DNA of 64,000 nt from an uncultured delta proteobacterium. GTDB taxonomy: Bacteria > Desulfobacterota > Binatia > UBA9968. Shown piece by piece: positions 49,518 through 60,175 of the stretch. The stretch covers positions 128,001 through 192,000 of the forward strand of contig CAWFJP010000031.1 in the NCBI GenBank assembly GCA_963816145.1. The letters run 5' to 3'. The translations under genes were made by a program, and so were the position numbers. The notes below the pieces were generated by a model. It did not search any database. It worked only from the letters and a program-made list of their open reading frames with translations, and was not told the origin of the DNA. The stretch's first letter is position 1. Each line of letters opens with the position of its first letter.

Positions 49518-52500
49518 ATGACCCAAGACAACCTCAACACTCCAAACGAGACGCGTCTGCTGAGCCGTGAAATCGTATTGGCACACCAGCAGCAATCTTT
49601 TCACGCGCTGCTGCGGCACGTGTGGCAAAGCTCGTCATTTTACCGCGACCTTTATTCCGCTTCAGGTATCGGGCAGGCCGAATTAGCAGAGGTGACTCCG
49701 TCCGATCTACCGATTATCAATAAAAAGCTGCTGATGGAAAATTTTGCCGGCGCGGTTACCGATCCTCGATTGAAAAAAAACGATTTGGAACGCTGGCTTC
49801 ACGAAAATCGCAATCCGGCGGCCAACTATTGCGATGACTTCATTGTCGTTCATTCATCGGGATCCTCGGGTAATCCCGCGATATTTGTTTGCAGCCGGGC
49901 CGATTGGCAGCTGGCCGCTAGCGCCATGGCCGGCCGTTTGCCGCCGCCGGCAAACTACCCGGCGGGAAAGACCCGGGTCGCGTTTCACCTCGCCACTCAT
50001 GGCAACTTCGGCGGAGTCGCGGTAGCGGCGCGTCTGTCTCGACGGATCTACGAAACGTTGATTTTATCCGTGCACGATTCCCATCAAGAGGTGGCAAGGA
50101 AGCTCAACGATTTCCAGCCGCATCAACTGCACGGCTATGCCAGCGGGGTGCACGATCTGTCCCTCCTGGCAATGACAGGGGAATTGAGGATTTCCCCCAA
50201 ACGGATCGTTGTCGGCGGCGACAAGCTCACAGCGAGCGTGGAAAGAGATATCCGCCGGGTATGGAATGTCCCGGTTTATGATTTTTATAGCGCTTCGGAG
50301 TCCAATTATATCGCGCTAAGGCAGTGCGGCGATGATGAGATGACGGTTATCGAGGACTTAAATATCCTCGAAGTTTTGGATGACGCGGATCGACCGGTGC
50401 CGGAAAATCAAGAGGGAAGAGTCGTGGTGACCAACCTCTACAACCGCACTCTGCCGATCATTCGCTACGAACTGGGCGATTATGTCTCGTTAGGGAAGGA
50501 AAACCCTGGTCGACTCTATGCCACGATAAAAGATATCAGGGGCCGCGCGATAGATGCATTGCCGATAACGCTGCACGACGGTCGCAAAGATAGGTTAAAC
50601 TCGCATGTATTGAGTGCGATTTATGTTCCCGCACTTGAAAAGTTCCAATATATTTCCCAGCGAGCGGATTACTTCGAGATTTTATACGTCAGCGCAGAGA
50701 ATCTCGACGCTGTGATCCGGACTCAGTTCCAACGCATCCTTGATTTAAAAGGCGCGGCAAAAACGACTTTCCAGGTCCGGCGAGTGGCACGGATCGCCAG
50801 CGATCCGCATACCGGTAAATACAATCTCGTCAAAATACACCATCAGCCGAGAACGGACGGCCTCGGCGTGATCGGCGAATTGAACCGGTTTCGCGAGAGC
50901 GCGGCCGATGAGCGCACTTTGACCGGCGCTTTTGGTGAACCGGTTGAGTCGATGGCGCGGCAATGTCCGGACGAGTTGAGCCGGAACACTGACAGCCATG
51001 CGACGCAGTCGGAAACAATCGAACCGAATCGCGTCCCGGTTAAAGCGCAATCGTCCATCGATGCCGAGGCGCGGCGCCTCGCTCGATCGGAGTCACGCCG
51101 GGGTCAAGGAGAATATCGCACGAGCCGCCTAAACCGACGCCTCACGAACCCGCCGCCGGAGCAGCAGGTGATACAAGCAAAGTCTTTTCACCCGTCCGGG
51201 ACTTTCGTTGAGTTCATGAAAGAAGAGATCGAGCGCTCCATCCCTGAGCGATTCGAGAAAATCGTCAGCCTGCACTGCCATCGAATCGCGGTCAAAACGG
51301 CGGATCGGGCGGTTACCTACGCGGAGCTCAACGCGATCGCCAATCGTTTGGCCCGGGAAATTATCGCCGGGGCGGGGACCACCCAGGAACCCGTCGCGCT
51401 TCTATTTGATAACGGCGCGGCGCTATTCGCGGCCATGCTCGGAGTATTGAAGGCGGGGAGATTCTTCGTTGCCGTGGACCCCTCGTTGCCGAAGGCGCGG
51501 ATCGCGGTCCTATTGGAAGACTCTCAGGCGACGCTGGTGGTCACCGATGGTCAATACCTTGCATTGGCCGGCCAAGTGGCAAGTACCCGCTGTCGACTAC
51601 TCGATCTCGAATCAATCGATCAGAGCATTCCTGCAACCAATCTCGGTTTGCCAGTGTCGGCAGACGCGCTGGCTCTGATATTTTACACCTCGGGTTCCAG
51701 TGGTGCGGCGAAGGCCTTGCTGTGGAGTCATCGGGTTCTGCTCCATCACCTAATGCTCACAACCAATGCTTTCCATGGCTGCGCGGAGGACAGGATAAGT
51801 CTTTTGGCATCCGGAACTTCGGGCGCTGTCACCAATGGCTTATTCGCTCTGCTCATCGGAGCGGCTCTGCTGCCGTTCGATGTTCGAAAAGAAGGCATCG
51901 CGCGCCTACCGTCCTGGCTGTCGGAGGAGCGGATCTCGATCTGCTGGTTTAGCCCCCAGCTGTTTCGCAACCTTCGCGAAGCTTTGGGAGGCAGGGAACA
52001 ATTTACCGATCTTCGTCTGATTCGCTTGGCGGGTGAGGCGGTTTACCGCAGCGACATTGACTTATACAAACAACATTTCCCCGGCAATTGTCTTCTCGTC
52101 AATGCGTTATCTTCCAGTGAAGCGGGGTTCCTGAGCATCTGCTACGTCGATCACAACTGCGACATTTCCGGGAATGAAGTGCCGGTGGGTTATCCTGTGG
52201 CGGATAAGCAAATTTTCTTACTGGACGAGGAAGGTAACGACGTTGGCTTCAACCAAGTCGGCGAGATCGTCGTGCGCAGCCGCTATCTTTCCCTAGGCTA
52301 TTGGCGCCGGCCGGATCTCACCGACGCTAAGTTTCGCGCCGATGGTCCCGGAGACCGCGACGAACGTCTTTATTTCACCGGGGACATGGGTCTCATGCGC
52401 CCCGACGGGTGTCTTATCTACAAAGGGCGCAAGGACTTTCGTGTCAAGATCCGCGGCTACGGAGTCGAGTTTGCGGAGGTGGAGAAGGTATTGCTTGAGC

Positions 52501-53120
52501 ATACCGGCATCAGGGAGGCAGTTGTGGCGGCGCCGGAGAATGAATCGGGTGAGGCTCGTTTAGTTGCCTACGTCACTTGCACTAGCCAACCCAGCCCCAG
52601 CGTCACGGAGCTTCGCGGCTTTGCTAAGCAGAACCTGCCGGACTACATGATCCCATCAGCGTTCGTGATACTCGATGAAATGCCCTTAACGCCCAATGGC
52701 AAAGTCGACCGTCGAGCGCTTCCTGACCTGGATCACGCCAGGCCACAGCTGAACACCCCATTCGTTTCACCGGGAACTTCCATCGAGAAACAGCTAGCCG
52801 ACATCTGGGCCGAAGCCCTGGACCTCGCCGAGGTTGGGATTCATGACAATTTCTTTGACTTGGGCGGGCACTCGCTCGCCGCCTTCCAGGTGATTTCGCG
52901 GGTCAACAATCGCTTTCAGTTGGAGCTGCCTGCTCACTCGTTGTTCCGGTCGCAGACAGTCGCTGAGATGGCTTTGCTCATCACGCAGAGCCAGGCGCAC
53001 ACTTTGAATCAGGAAGATCTGGATCGCATTCTGACTGATTTGGAGTCGGTTTCGGACCTGCAGGCGCAAGCATGCGTCGCTCGAGAGAACGCCGAAAACG
53101 TCGGAGTCAAAGGCAAGTGA
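49518..53120 (+). CDS. Fusion of a PaaK/F390-like adenylate-forming domain with NRPS adenylation and PCP domains
   Basis: N-terminal SSGSSG, YSASE, RYELGD; C-terminal YTSGSSG, TGDMG, GRKDFRVKIRG, PLTPNGKVDR, FFDLGGHSL. Confidence 0.88.
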   Translation: MTQDNLNTPNETRLLSREIVLAHQQQSFHALLRHVWQSSSFYRDLYSASGIGQAELAEVTPSDLPIINKKLLMENFAGAVTDPRLKKNDLERWLHENRNPAANYCDDFIVVHSSGSSGNPAIFVCSRADWQLAASAMAGRLPPPANYPAGKTRVAFHLATHGNFGGVAVAARLSRRIYETLILSVHDSHQEVARKLNDFQPHQLHGYASGVHDLSLLAMTGELRISPKRIVVGGDKLTASVERDIRRVWNVPVYDFYSASESNYIALRQCGDDEMTVIEDLNILEVLDDADRPVPENQEGRVVVTNLYNRTLPIIRYELGDYVSLGKENPGRLYATIKDIRGRAIDALPITLHDGRKDRLNSHVLSAIYVPALEKFQYISQRADYFEILYVSAENLDAVIRTQFQRILDLKGAAKTTFQVRRVARIASDPHTGKYNLVKIHHQPRTDGLGVIGELNRFRESAADERTLTGAFGEPVESMARQCPDELSRNTDSHATQSETIEPNRVPVKAQSSIDAEARRLARSESRRGQGEYRTSRLNRRLTNPPPEQQVIQAKSFHPSGTFVEFMKEEIERSIPERFEKIVSLHCHRIAVKTADRAVTYAELNAIANRLAREIIAGAGTTQEPVALLFDNGAALFAAMLGVLKAGRFFVAVDPSLPKARIAVLLEDSQATLVVTDGQYLALAGQVASTRCRLLDLESIDQSIPATNLGLPVSADALALIFYTSGSSGAAKALLWSHRVLLHHLMLTTNAFHGCAEDRISLLASGTSGAVTNGLFALLIGAALLPFDVRKEGIARLPSWLSEERISICWFSPQLFRNLREALGGREQFTDLRLIRLAGEAVYRSDIDLYKQHFPGNCLLVNALSSSEAGFLSICYVDHNCDISGNEVPVGYPVADKQIFLLDEEGNDVGFNQVGEIVVRSRYLSLGYWRRPDLTDAKFRADGPGDRDERLYFTGDMGLMRPDGCLIYKGRKDFRVKIRGYGVEFAEVEKVLLEHTGIREAVVAAPENESGEARLVAYVTCTSQPSPSVTELRGFAKQNLPDYMIPSAFVILDEMPLTPNGKVDRRALPDLDHARPQLNTPFVSPGTSIEKQLADIWAEALDLAEVGIHDNFFDLGGHSLAAFQVISRVNNRFQLELPAHSLFRSQTVAEMALLITQSQAHTLNQEDLDRILTDLESVSDLQAQACVARENAENVGVKGK

Positions 53121-53153
53121 GTTCGGCGCACTCGATCATCCGCTAATTTCATT

Positions 53154-54206
53154 TCAACGGATCTGAAAGATTTCCTTCCAGGTTTTCTCGTACTTCGGAA
53201 ACTCTCTCACGTCGTCGATGGTCAGCATGTAGGGCGTCGCCGGGCGGACTTTTTCCATGGGCTCCACTTTGGGATGAGCCGGAGTTTCGCCCGCTTGAGC
53301 ATAGACTTTCTGTCCTTCTTCACTGACGGCCCAGCGAACCCAGAGTTGCGCGGCATTGGGATGCGGCGCGCCCTTCATGACCATCACCGAGCCGCCGACT
53401 TCACCCACGCCTTCGGTCATCAGCGGTTGAATCGGGGCGCCTTTTTTCATGCGCCCGGGAAAATGGTGCGAGTAGCAAGTAAAACAAATGGCGCGCTGAC
53501 CGGCCATGAGAAACTCGGTCAACTGCGAATGGCCGCGATGAAACTCCGGTTGATTGGCGGCGATTTTCTTGAACAGGTCGATGGCCTTGTCATCGCTATT
53601 GTATTTTCGTTTGGCAAAGCCGACGAGCATTTGATAATCGCGCGGCTCGCCCATGATGTTGTCTTTCCATTTAGGGTTGGCGAGCTCCTCGTAATTTTTC
53701 GGCTCTTCGCCTTTCTTGACCAGATTGGTGTTCCAGCCGGCGATGTAGAATTGCATATCGGTCGCGACCCAAAGGTCGCCTTTCAACTGGGCCGGATACG
53801 CCGCGGCCTCGGGTATGGCGACGTGCTCGACGATTTTCAGGTCCAAGATTTGCGGCAAATAGGTCAGCGCCCCGCTTATGACGTCGGCAATGACGCGTCC
53901 TCCCTTCTGCTCGGAGAGCACCCGCGCGATCAGCTTATCGCTGGTGGCGTCGATATGATCGACGGTCACGCCGGGAAAGCGCTTCATGAACGCAGGCGGA
54001 ACCACCGACATCGTCTGCGGCGATAACGGCGCATAAAGCGTAATCTTTCCTTCCTTTTTTGCTTTCTCATAAAGTTGATCGAGGGAATCCGCTGCAGCCG
54101 CGAACAGCTTGCCGGCCGAAGCAGCGCAGATTATGAGCGCCAAGACGAGCGTCGAGACAAAGGTTGCGGGTCGGATTGAACTCGATAATTTTCTCTTTTG
54201 ATTCAT
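53154..54206 (-). CDS. ABC extracellular solute-binding protein (Fe3+/thiamine-like)
   Basis: EKAKKEGK, NPKWK, APHPNAAQLW. Confidence 0.88.
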   Translation of the reverse strand: MNQKRKLSSSIRPATFVSTLVLALIICAASAGKLFAAAADSLDQLYEKAKKEGKITLYAPLSPQTMSVVPPAFMKRFPGVTVDHIDATSDKLIARVLSEQKGGRVIADVISGALTYLPQILDLKIVEHVAIPEAAAYPAQLKGDLWVATDMQFYIAGWNTNLVKKGEEPKNYEELANPKWKDNIMGEPRDYQMLVGFAKRKYNSDDKAIDLFKKIAANQPEFHRGHSQLTEFLMAGQRAICFTCYSHHFPGRMKKGAPIQPLMTEGVGEVGGSVMVMKGAPHPNAAQLWVRWAVSEEGQKVYAQAGETPAHPKVEPMEKVRPATPYMLTIDDVREFPKYEKTWKEIFQIR

Positions 54207-54636
54207 CTTTCTTCTCCGTAAGCCTCGTTCCATGATTCTGAAACAATATCCGGGAAAACTCTCCTTGGTTGCGGGCGCCGATGTAAATGCGTCTCTGCAA
54301 CTCCTCCATGGAGGAAAACAGCGAAGATGTCAAACCTTTGGGCCGGGAACCGAAACGGTATCGCACCTTGTCCCAGGCGACGACGAAGAACATCGCGCGC
54401 CCATTCTGAGCGCATGTTTGCGCGGTGCGAACCCCGATTCGAGCGTTACCGGCCAAGTGAGTCGGTCGTGCGAATGATCGAGTTCGTCCAGCTAGTCAAT
54501 AACCTCCGCTTTGCTTTACCCTTGTCGTCCCTCTTCACCTGGCAGCTCGCCCAGTCGAAGCCTCCCAAGCGATTGTAATTCGACAATTCGAGCCATTATT
54601 GATATTTGTATGGCTCTTCATTGCCAATCTGGGTTT

Positions 54637-55650
54637 ATGTCGAAAAATTCTCGATCCAAAATAAGGCGTGAATTGTCTGCTCAAAGGTCTTCTCCGAATC
54701 AGTTCGAAGGCATGCTCGGAGTTAGCTTGCCGATGCTCGAAGTATTCCAGCGCGTTATCGATGCCGCGTCCGCAGATATTCCCGTCTTGATCACGGGTGA
54801 AACAGGAACTGGGAAAGACCTCGTTGCCAGCGCGATTCACAATCGAAGCAGAAGAAAAGACAAGCCCTTTGTAGCTGTTAACACGGGCGCGATGGCTACG
54901 GAACTGATCGCCAGTGAGCTATTCGGCCATGAAAAGGGCGCCTACACAGGCGCCAGCGCCGTGCGCAAAGGCAGTTTCGAATTGGCCGACGGCGGGACAA
55001 TCTTTCTCGACGAGATCAGCACCATGGATGAGAAATGCCAGGTGTTTTTGCTCAGAGTCCTAGAATCAAAATCCTTCCGTCGGGTGGGCGGTGAGAAGGA
55101 CATCCGCGTCGATGTTCGGGTCATTGGTGCGACTAATGAAAACCTAGAGATGGCGGTCACAAAAAAACAATTTCGTGAAGATCTCTACTTTAGATTTGAT
55201 GTCTTTCGCATCAATCTGCCGCCGCTTCGGGATAGACCGGGTGGGCTACAGGTTCTCTCGCAAAACTTCTTGGAGCAATTTAATCATATGTATAACAAGC
55301 AGCTGCGGAGCGTTTCCGCAGAAGCACTCCGCTACCTCGAAAGTTATTCCTGGCCCGGCAATGTGCGTGAACTCAAGAATGTTATCCAGCGCGCGGTCCT
55401 TGTTGCAAAAGGTATTGAGCTGACGCCTGATCTGCTGCCAGCGAGAATCAAAGATGTCGGAGAGTCGGCTCGTAATTCATTCTTGGCAAACTTGCCGATC
55501 CATGTCGGCATGACTCTGGAAGCTGCAGAGAGAGAATTTCTCGCCATGACTCTCGGGTCTGTAGCAGGGAATAAGACGCGAGCCGCGTCGATCCTGGGGA
55601 TTAGTCGCCGCACTCTTTACGACAAACTCAAGCGACACCGCCTGGCGTAA
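54637..55650 (+). CDS. Sigma54-dependent Fis-family activator without an input domain
   Basis: GETGTGKD, SELFGHEKGAYTGA, FLDEI, WPGNVREL, C-terminal HTH. Confidence 0.93.
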   Translation: MSKNSRSKIRRELSAQRSSPNQFEGMLGVSLPMLEVFQRVIDAASADIPVLITGETGTGKDLVASAIHNRSRRKDKPFVAVNTGAMATELIASELFGHEKGAYTGASAVRKGSFELADGGTIFLDEISTMDEKCQVFLLRVLESKSFRRVGGEKDIRVDVRVIGATNENLEMAVTKKQFREDLYFRFDVFRINLPPLRDRPGGLQVLSQNFLEQFNHMYNKQLRSVSAEALRYLESYSWPGNVRELKNVIQRAVLVAKGIELTPDLLPARIKDVGESARNSFLANLPIHVGMTLEAAEREFLAMTLGSVAGNKTRAASILGISRRTLYDKLKRHRLA

Positions 55651-55825
55651 AGCGCCAGAAAAGTTTTTGCCCGCAAGGCGAAAGATTCTCGCGGCGTAAG
55701 AATCTCGCTCACCTTTCATCGATCAGTTAGCTCACAGCGTATAGAATCCGCACACTTTCCCCACGGTCACGGAACCGCTATTCCAAGCCCGTCGTAACCT
55801 ATTGAATTCCTTTCGGACCAATAGC

Positions 55826-55842
55826 TTGGCATTTCTCTTGCT
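55826..55842 (+). promoter_or_regulatory. Sigma54 -24/-12 promoter
   Basis: TTGGCATTTCTCTTGCT (GG-N10-GC). Confidence 0.75.
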
Positions 55843-55983
55843 GTAGATTTTTGCTGATTCGGAATTTTATCACAACGTTGAGACGCGGAATCGGTAACGT
55901 TTATTAACGATGATTCTCTCGCAATGAAAAAGCGCGTTTCCTCTCCGAGTTATTAGAGGCGCTCTTCGACTGGTCGGTTTTCT

Positions 55984-56337
55984 GTGAGACTTGAGAAAAT
56001 CATGGTCATCGGTGCGGAAATTCCGCGGTCCTTGAATGCAATATTTCAAGCAGCGAATTCTCACATCACAAAAGTCCCGAGCGGGAAAGTGGCAGTGGCG
56101 CGCGCGCAACGTGAGATGTTCGATGCGGCAATCTTACTGTCCACAGGTAAAGACATGGATTTAACGGAGACCGTGCTTAACCTCAACGACATTAGCGGCT
56201 CTATGGAACTGATTATTTTATCTGACCACACGGATACGATTCAAAGTGCGGTGCCCCAAAAGACTCTGGTGAAATTTGTTTCGAGCGTGACCGTTATGAC
56301 GACGCGAGAATTGGAAAAGCATCTAAACTGGTTCTAG
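55984..56337 (+). CDS. Small protein, degenerate receiver-like
   Basis: SGKVAVARAQREMFDAAILL..MD..ELIILS pattern; the canonical Asp is not evident. Confidence 0.5.
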   Translation: MRLEKIMVIGAEIPRSLNAIFQAANSHITKVPSGKVAVARAQREMFDAAILLSTGKDMDLTETVLNLNDISGSMELIILSDHTDTIQSAVPQKTLVKFVSSVTVMTTRELEKHLNWF

Positions 56338-56354
56338 AAGAAGAAAGCGTCACA

Positions 56355-56942
56355 ATGAGCGATCATCGGCATATCGAGTCTAGCGTGGCTGGCAGGAGTG
56401 TTCTCATCGCCTTGCTGCTTCTGACCTTGGCGGCTTGTTCCACCACATCCCCCGCGAAACCGCCCGAGACCACGACGATTCAACCGCAACAACCAATGGC
56501 GGCTAGCCCGAGACAAACCAAGACGGCGCCTTCTAAATCGGGCTCAAGCTTGGACGCACTTCGCGAGGGCGTCCCGCCAGCCTCAGGGCCATTAAAGGAT
56601 ATCTATTTTGATTTTGACCAATATAACTTAAGCGCGGACGCCCGGGAGATGCTCAAGTCTCACCCAGGATGGCTGAAGAACAATGCATCGGCTCAGGTGG
56701 AAGTCGAGGGGCATTGCGATGAACGCGGTACTGGCGAATACAATTTGGCGCTCGGGGCGAAGCGCGCCCAGGCCGCCAAAGACTACTTGGTCGCGTTGGG
56801 AGTTCCAGCGGAACGGTTAACGACGGTCACCTATGGAAAAGAGCTTCCGGTCTGCGGCGAACACACTGAGGAGTGCTGGCAAAAAAATCGCCACGACCGG
56901 TTTGTCGTGAAAAATGTTCGCCAATCGGCGGATACTTTTTAA
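56355..56942 (+). CDS. pal: Peptidoglycan-associated lipoprotein (OmpA-like)
   Basis: Lipobox LAAC; IYFDFD, EGHCDERGTGEYNLALGAKRA, YGKE. Confidence 0.92.
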   Translation: MSDHRHIESSVAGRSVLIALLLLTLAACSTTSPAKPPETTTIQPQQPMAASPRQTKTAPSKSGSSLDALREGVPPASGPLKDIYFDFDQYNLSADAREMLKSHPGWLKNNASAQVEVEGHCDERGTGEYNLALGAKRAQAAKDYLVALGVPAERLTTVTYGKELPVCGEHTEECWQKNRHDRFVVKNVRQSADTF

Positions 56943-57001
56943 CCCGATTAATTTCCGCGATCAAAGACGGAAGGCTTCACCAAGAGTTATGGAGGTCTGC
57001 T

Positions 57002-57877
57002 ATGGCCAACGAAAAACTAGCCGCGCAAGAAGTGCTTCTGGATGTGAGCGTCGCCGAGGCGTCGAAACTCTACAAGTTCTACCTCAATCAGGAGAGCAAG
57101 ATCTTGGGGGCCGCCGCAGTCATCGTCTTCCTCCTGCTGTGGGAGTTTATGGGCGGCGCCTTGAGCGTTTACAATCCCATCCCAATTCTGCGCATCAACC
57201 CCATGTTCATGAGCGCGCCGTCGCTCATTTTCAAGGCGGCGGTCGGCCTATTCTCGTCGGGCGAGATTTATAATGACCTCAAGGTTAGCGGCATCGAGTT
57301 TTTTGGCGGCTATATCCTGTCGGTCGTTGTCGCTATTCCCTTCGGCATTCTGACCGGTTGGTACAAGAGGGCTAGTTACGTCTTTGATCCTTTCGTCAAT
57401 GCCATGAACGCTACCCCGCGTGTGGCTCTTCTGCCGCTGGTGATCATTTGGCTGGGCATCGGCATTCCTTCCAAGGTCGGAATTATCTTTCTCGGCGCGG
57501 TTTTCCCGATGTTGATCAACGCGCGGGACGGCGTAAAAACGACCCCGCTCAATTTAATCAACGCGGCGAGGAGTTTCGGCGCGTCCGAATGGCAAGTATT
57601 TAAGAGTGTCGTCTTCCCCTCGACCCTGCCGTTTCTGCTGACCGGTCTGAGAATCGCCGTCGGGCGCGCACTGGTTGGCGTATTGGTTGGCGAGCTCTAC
57701 GCGGCGACAGCGGGGATCGGTTTCATGATCACCGTGGCCGGCGCAACGTTCCAGACAGATAAAGTATTTGTTGGTGTATCGATCTTTGCATTCTCCGGGA
57801 TCGTACTTACCGAAATTCTCGATCGAATCGAGCACCGGTTCGATAAATGGCGTCCCAAAGTGGGATCAGGCGCATAG
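57002..57877 (+). CDS. ABC permease (SsuC/TauC type)
   Basis: PRVALLPL, AARSFGAS, GELYAATAGIG. Confidence 0.92.
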   Translation: MANEKLAAQEVLLDVSVAEASKLYKFYLNQESKILGAAAVIVFLLLWEFMGGALSVYNPIPILRINPMFMSAPSLIFKAAVGLFSSGEIYNDLKVSGIEFFGGYILSVVVAIPFGILTGWYKRASYVFDPFVNAMNATPRVALLPLVIIWLGIGIPSKVGIIFLGAVFPMLINARDGVKTTPLNLINAARSFGASEWQVFKSVVFPSTLPFLLTGLRIAVGRALVGVLVGELYAATAGIGFMITVAGATFQTDKVFVGVSIFAFSGIVLTEILDRIEHRFDKWRPKVGSGA

Positions 57878-58319
57878 CCATCATTGTTGCTTATTAAGGC
57901 GATGAAAATGTCGTTCCAACTCTTCATATTGAAGGTGCCGAAAAAGTACACACGAGGCTGGAAATGGATTTTGTTTATAATTGCCTCCTCTCATTCCATC
58001 TCGCGGGTGTGGAGAATAACACTTCCGTTGCCGCAGTGGTTTATGCGCAAGCACACCTATTCGAATTCATTTGATTCCTAGAAAAAGACCATCTCGGTAC
58101 AATTCGTCATCGCCGCGGGATTAGCTGAGAGCGACTTCTGAAAACAATATATTCATCGAGCCGCTCGCCCAAGCTGCTTCGAAGGCCGCGGGAAAATTCC
58201 CTTATACGTCATTGCAAAATACACCATGAGCGCAGCAAACAGGTCTTGACCGGGATCTAGACGCCGAAAAACAGCGTTCGTAAGGATTTCGGGTAATTGC
58301 AAACGGAGTATGAAGCTAA

Positions 58320-60059
58320 ATGACTGAGAGCGTTGAAGCGCAAATTGAAACGGTAACAAAGAGGACTGTAAATAATAAGTGGAGCGAGTATCGCCTGCTT
58401 TTTTATTCGGCCTTGATCGGGGTTGCGGGCGGACTTGGAGCCCAGATATTCGTCTGGATTTTGAATTTCACCGAACACCTGCTGCTAGTGGGAGTCGCCG
58501 GTTACCAGCCGCCCGAACCGGGAAGTTTGAATCCTCAGCCCATTATTGGCCCTTGGGGGTTGTGGCTGATTCCACTGGTAACCACCCTCGGCGGACTTCT
58601 CTCGGGAATATTGGTCTACACCTTCGCTCCTGAGGCGGAAGGTCATGGCACCGACGCTGCTGTGGAAGCATTTCACTTCAAAGGCGGTAGAGTCAGGCCG
58701 ATTGTTCCATTAATTAAGGTGTTCGCGTCCGCCATCACGATCGGATCCGGCGGAGCGGCAGGACGCGAAGGACCAACCGCGCAAATCAGCGTCGGTTTCG
58801 GTTCGATGCTCGCGGACCTGTTGCACCTGCCTGATGACGAGCGGCGCATCCTGGTGCTGGCGGGAATGGCTGCCGGCCTCGCCGCGATCTTCCGATCCCC
58901 ACTAGGGATGGCGATCTTTTCAGTGGAAATTCTCTATTCGGGCATGGCCTTCGAAACCGAAGCTCTTATCTATACGGTAGTCGCGTCGGTCGTCGCATAC
59001 GCGGTGAACGGCTTGTTTGTCGGCTGGTCGCCGATTTTTCTGTTTCCTCAAAACGTTCATTTTACGCAGCCCATTGCGCTCATCGGTTATGCGATTCTCG
59101 GGGTGGTCGCCGGCGTGATCGGTGCCATTGAACCAGCGATCTTTTATGGGATTAGGGATATATTTCGCGCCATAAAAATTCCCAATCACGTAAAGCCCGC
59201 GATTGGCGGTCTCTTGATGGGATTGATTGCCGTCGTGGTTCCCGAAACGATCTCCACCGGATATGGCTGGGTTCAGAAAGCGATGACCGGCGATTACATC
59301 GGCTGGTCACTGATCTTTCTAGCCCTCGCAAAAATTGTGGCGATGTCTTTGACGATATCGTCGGGCGGCTCGGGCGGGGTATTCGGCCCCAACGTGTACA
59401 TCGGCGGTATGGTCGGCGCATGGGTCGCCTTTGTCGCAGACCGTTTCATCCCGGGCGCCGGTTTTAACACCGCCGCCTTCGCGGTCGTTGGCATGGCCGC
59501 AGTTTTCGCAGGCACCGCGCGGGTTCCAATCGCGACGTTGATCATGGTCGCCGAAATGACTGGCGGCTACGGGCTTATCGTTCCATCGATGCTGGCGACG
59601 ATAATCGCTTTTGTCGTGGAACGAACCGTATCGGCCGGGTTTAAATATCCTCGGCTATACGAGGCACAAGTAGAGTTGCGGTCCGATTCCCCAACGCATT
59701 TGGAAAGCATGCTCCAAGCAACCTTTTCGGTACTTGAACGCGGCCCGCTCGTGGATCTGCGCAACGTTACTTTGCCCCATTTAGCTTCTCTGCTGCGCCA
59801 TGGCACGCCGATTCCCATTCACGGAGGTCAAGGCAACTTATCGAATATAACTTTGCCACAAAATTCGCTGCTGGCGGGTCGGACTATAGCAGAATTGTTC
59901 GAGCCGTTTCCCGAGCTACTCGCTGTAGCGATTATCCGCGATCAGCAGATCCATATGCCACGCGGATCCACCCTAATCCATGGCGGAGACCAAGTGTTGA
60001 TTGCGGCAAACCAAGCGGCAAGTCTACAAGCTTTCAAAGAATTGGCCGGCAGCACTTAA
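58320..60059 (+). CDS. ClC chloride channel/antiporter with C-terminal TrkA-C domain
   Basis: GHGTD, GREGPT, GGSGGVFGP, and an RCK-C-like tail. Confidence 0.92.
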   Translation: MTESVEAQIETVTKRTVNNKWSEYRLLFYSALIGVAGGLGAQIFVWILNFTEHLLLVGVAGYQPPEPGSLNPQPIIGPWGLWLIPLVTTLGGLLSGILVYTFAPEAEGHGTDAAVEAFHFKGGRVRPIVPLIKVFASAITIGSGGAAGREGPTAQISVGFGSMLADLLHLPDDERRILVLAGMAAGLAAIFRSPLGMAIFSVEILYSGMAFETEALIYTVVASVVAYAVNGLFVGWSPIFLFPQNVHFTQPIALIGYAILGVVAGVIGAIEPAIFYGIRDIFRAIKIPNHVKPAIGGLLMGLIAVVVPETISTGYGWVQKAMTGDYIGWSLIFLALAKIVAMSLTISSGGSGGVFGPNVYIGGMVGAWVAFVADRFIPGAGFNTAAFAVVGMAAVFAGTARVPIATLIMVAEMTGGYGLIVPSMLATIIAFVVERTVSAGFKYPRLYEAQVELRSDSPTHLESMLQATFSVLERGPLVDLRNVTLPHLASLLRHGTPIPIHGGQGNLSNITLPQNSLLAGRTIAELFEPFPELLAVAIIRDQQIHMPRGSTLIHGGDQVLIAANQAASLQAFKELAGST

Positions 60060-60175
60060 CAAGGCATCATTGGGATGGTTTGAAAGACGCACTAAACTGC
60101 TCTTGGATGGATTGTACTTGCCATGAGCTGGTACTAAATTCGCACTAGGTCAATCAAACCAATGAGGAGACGTCA

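Noticed and set aside
58081-58320. Fluoride riboswitch or tRNA upstream of ClC
   Set aside because: No crcB consensus; GCGGGATTAGCT resembles a tRNA start but there is no cloverleaf; the ClC lacks the fluoride-type GNNLI/GREGT signatures.
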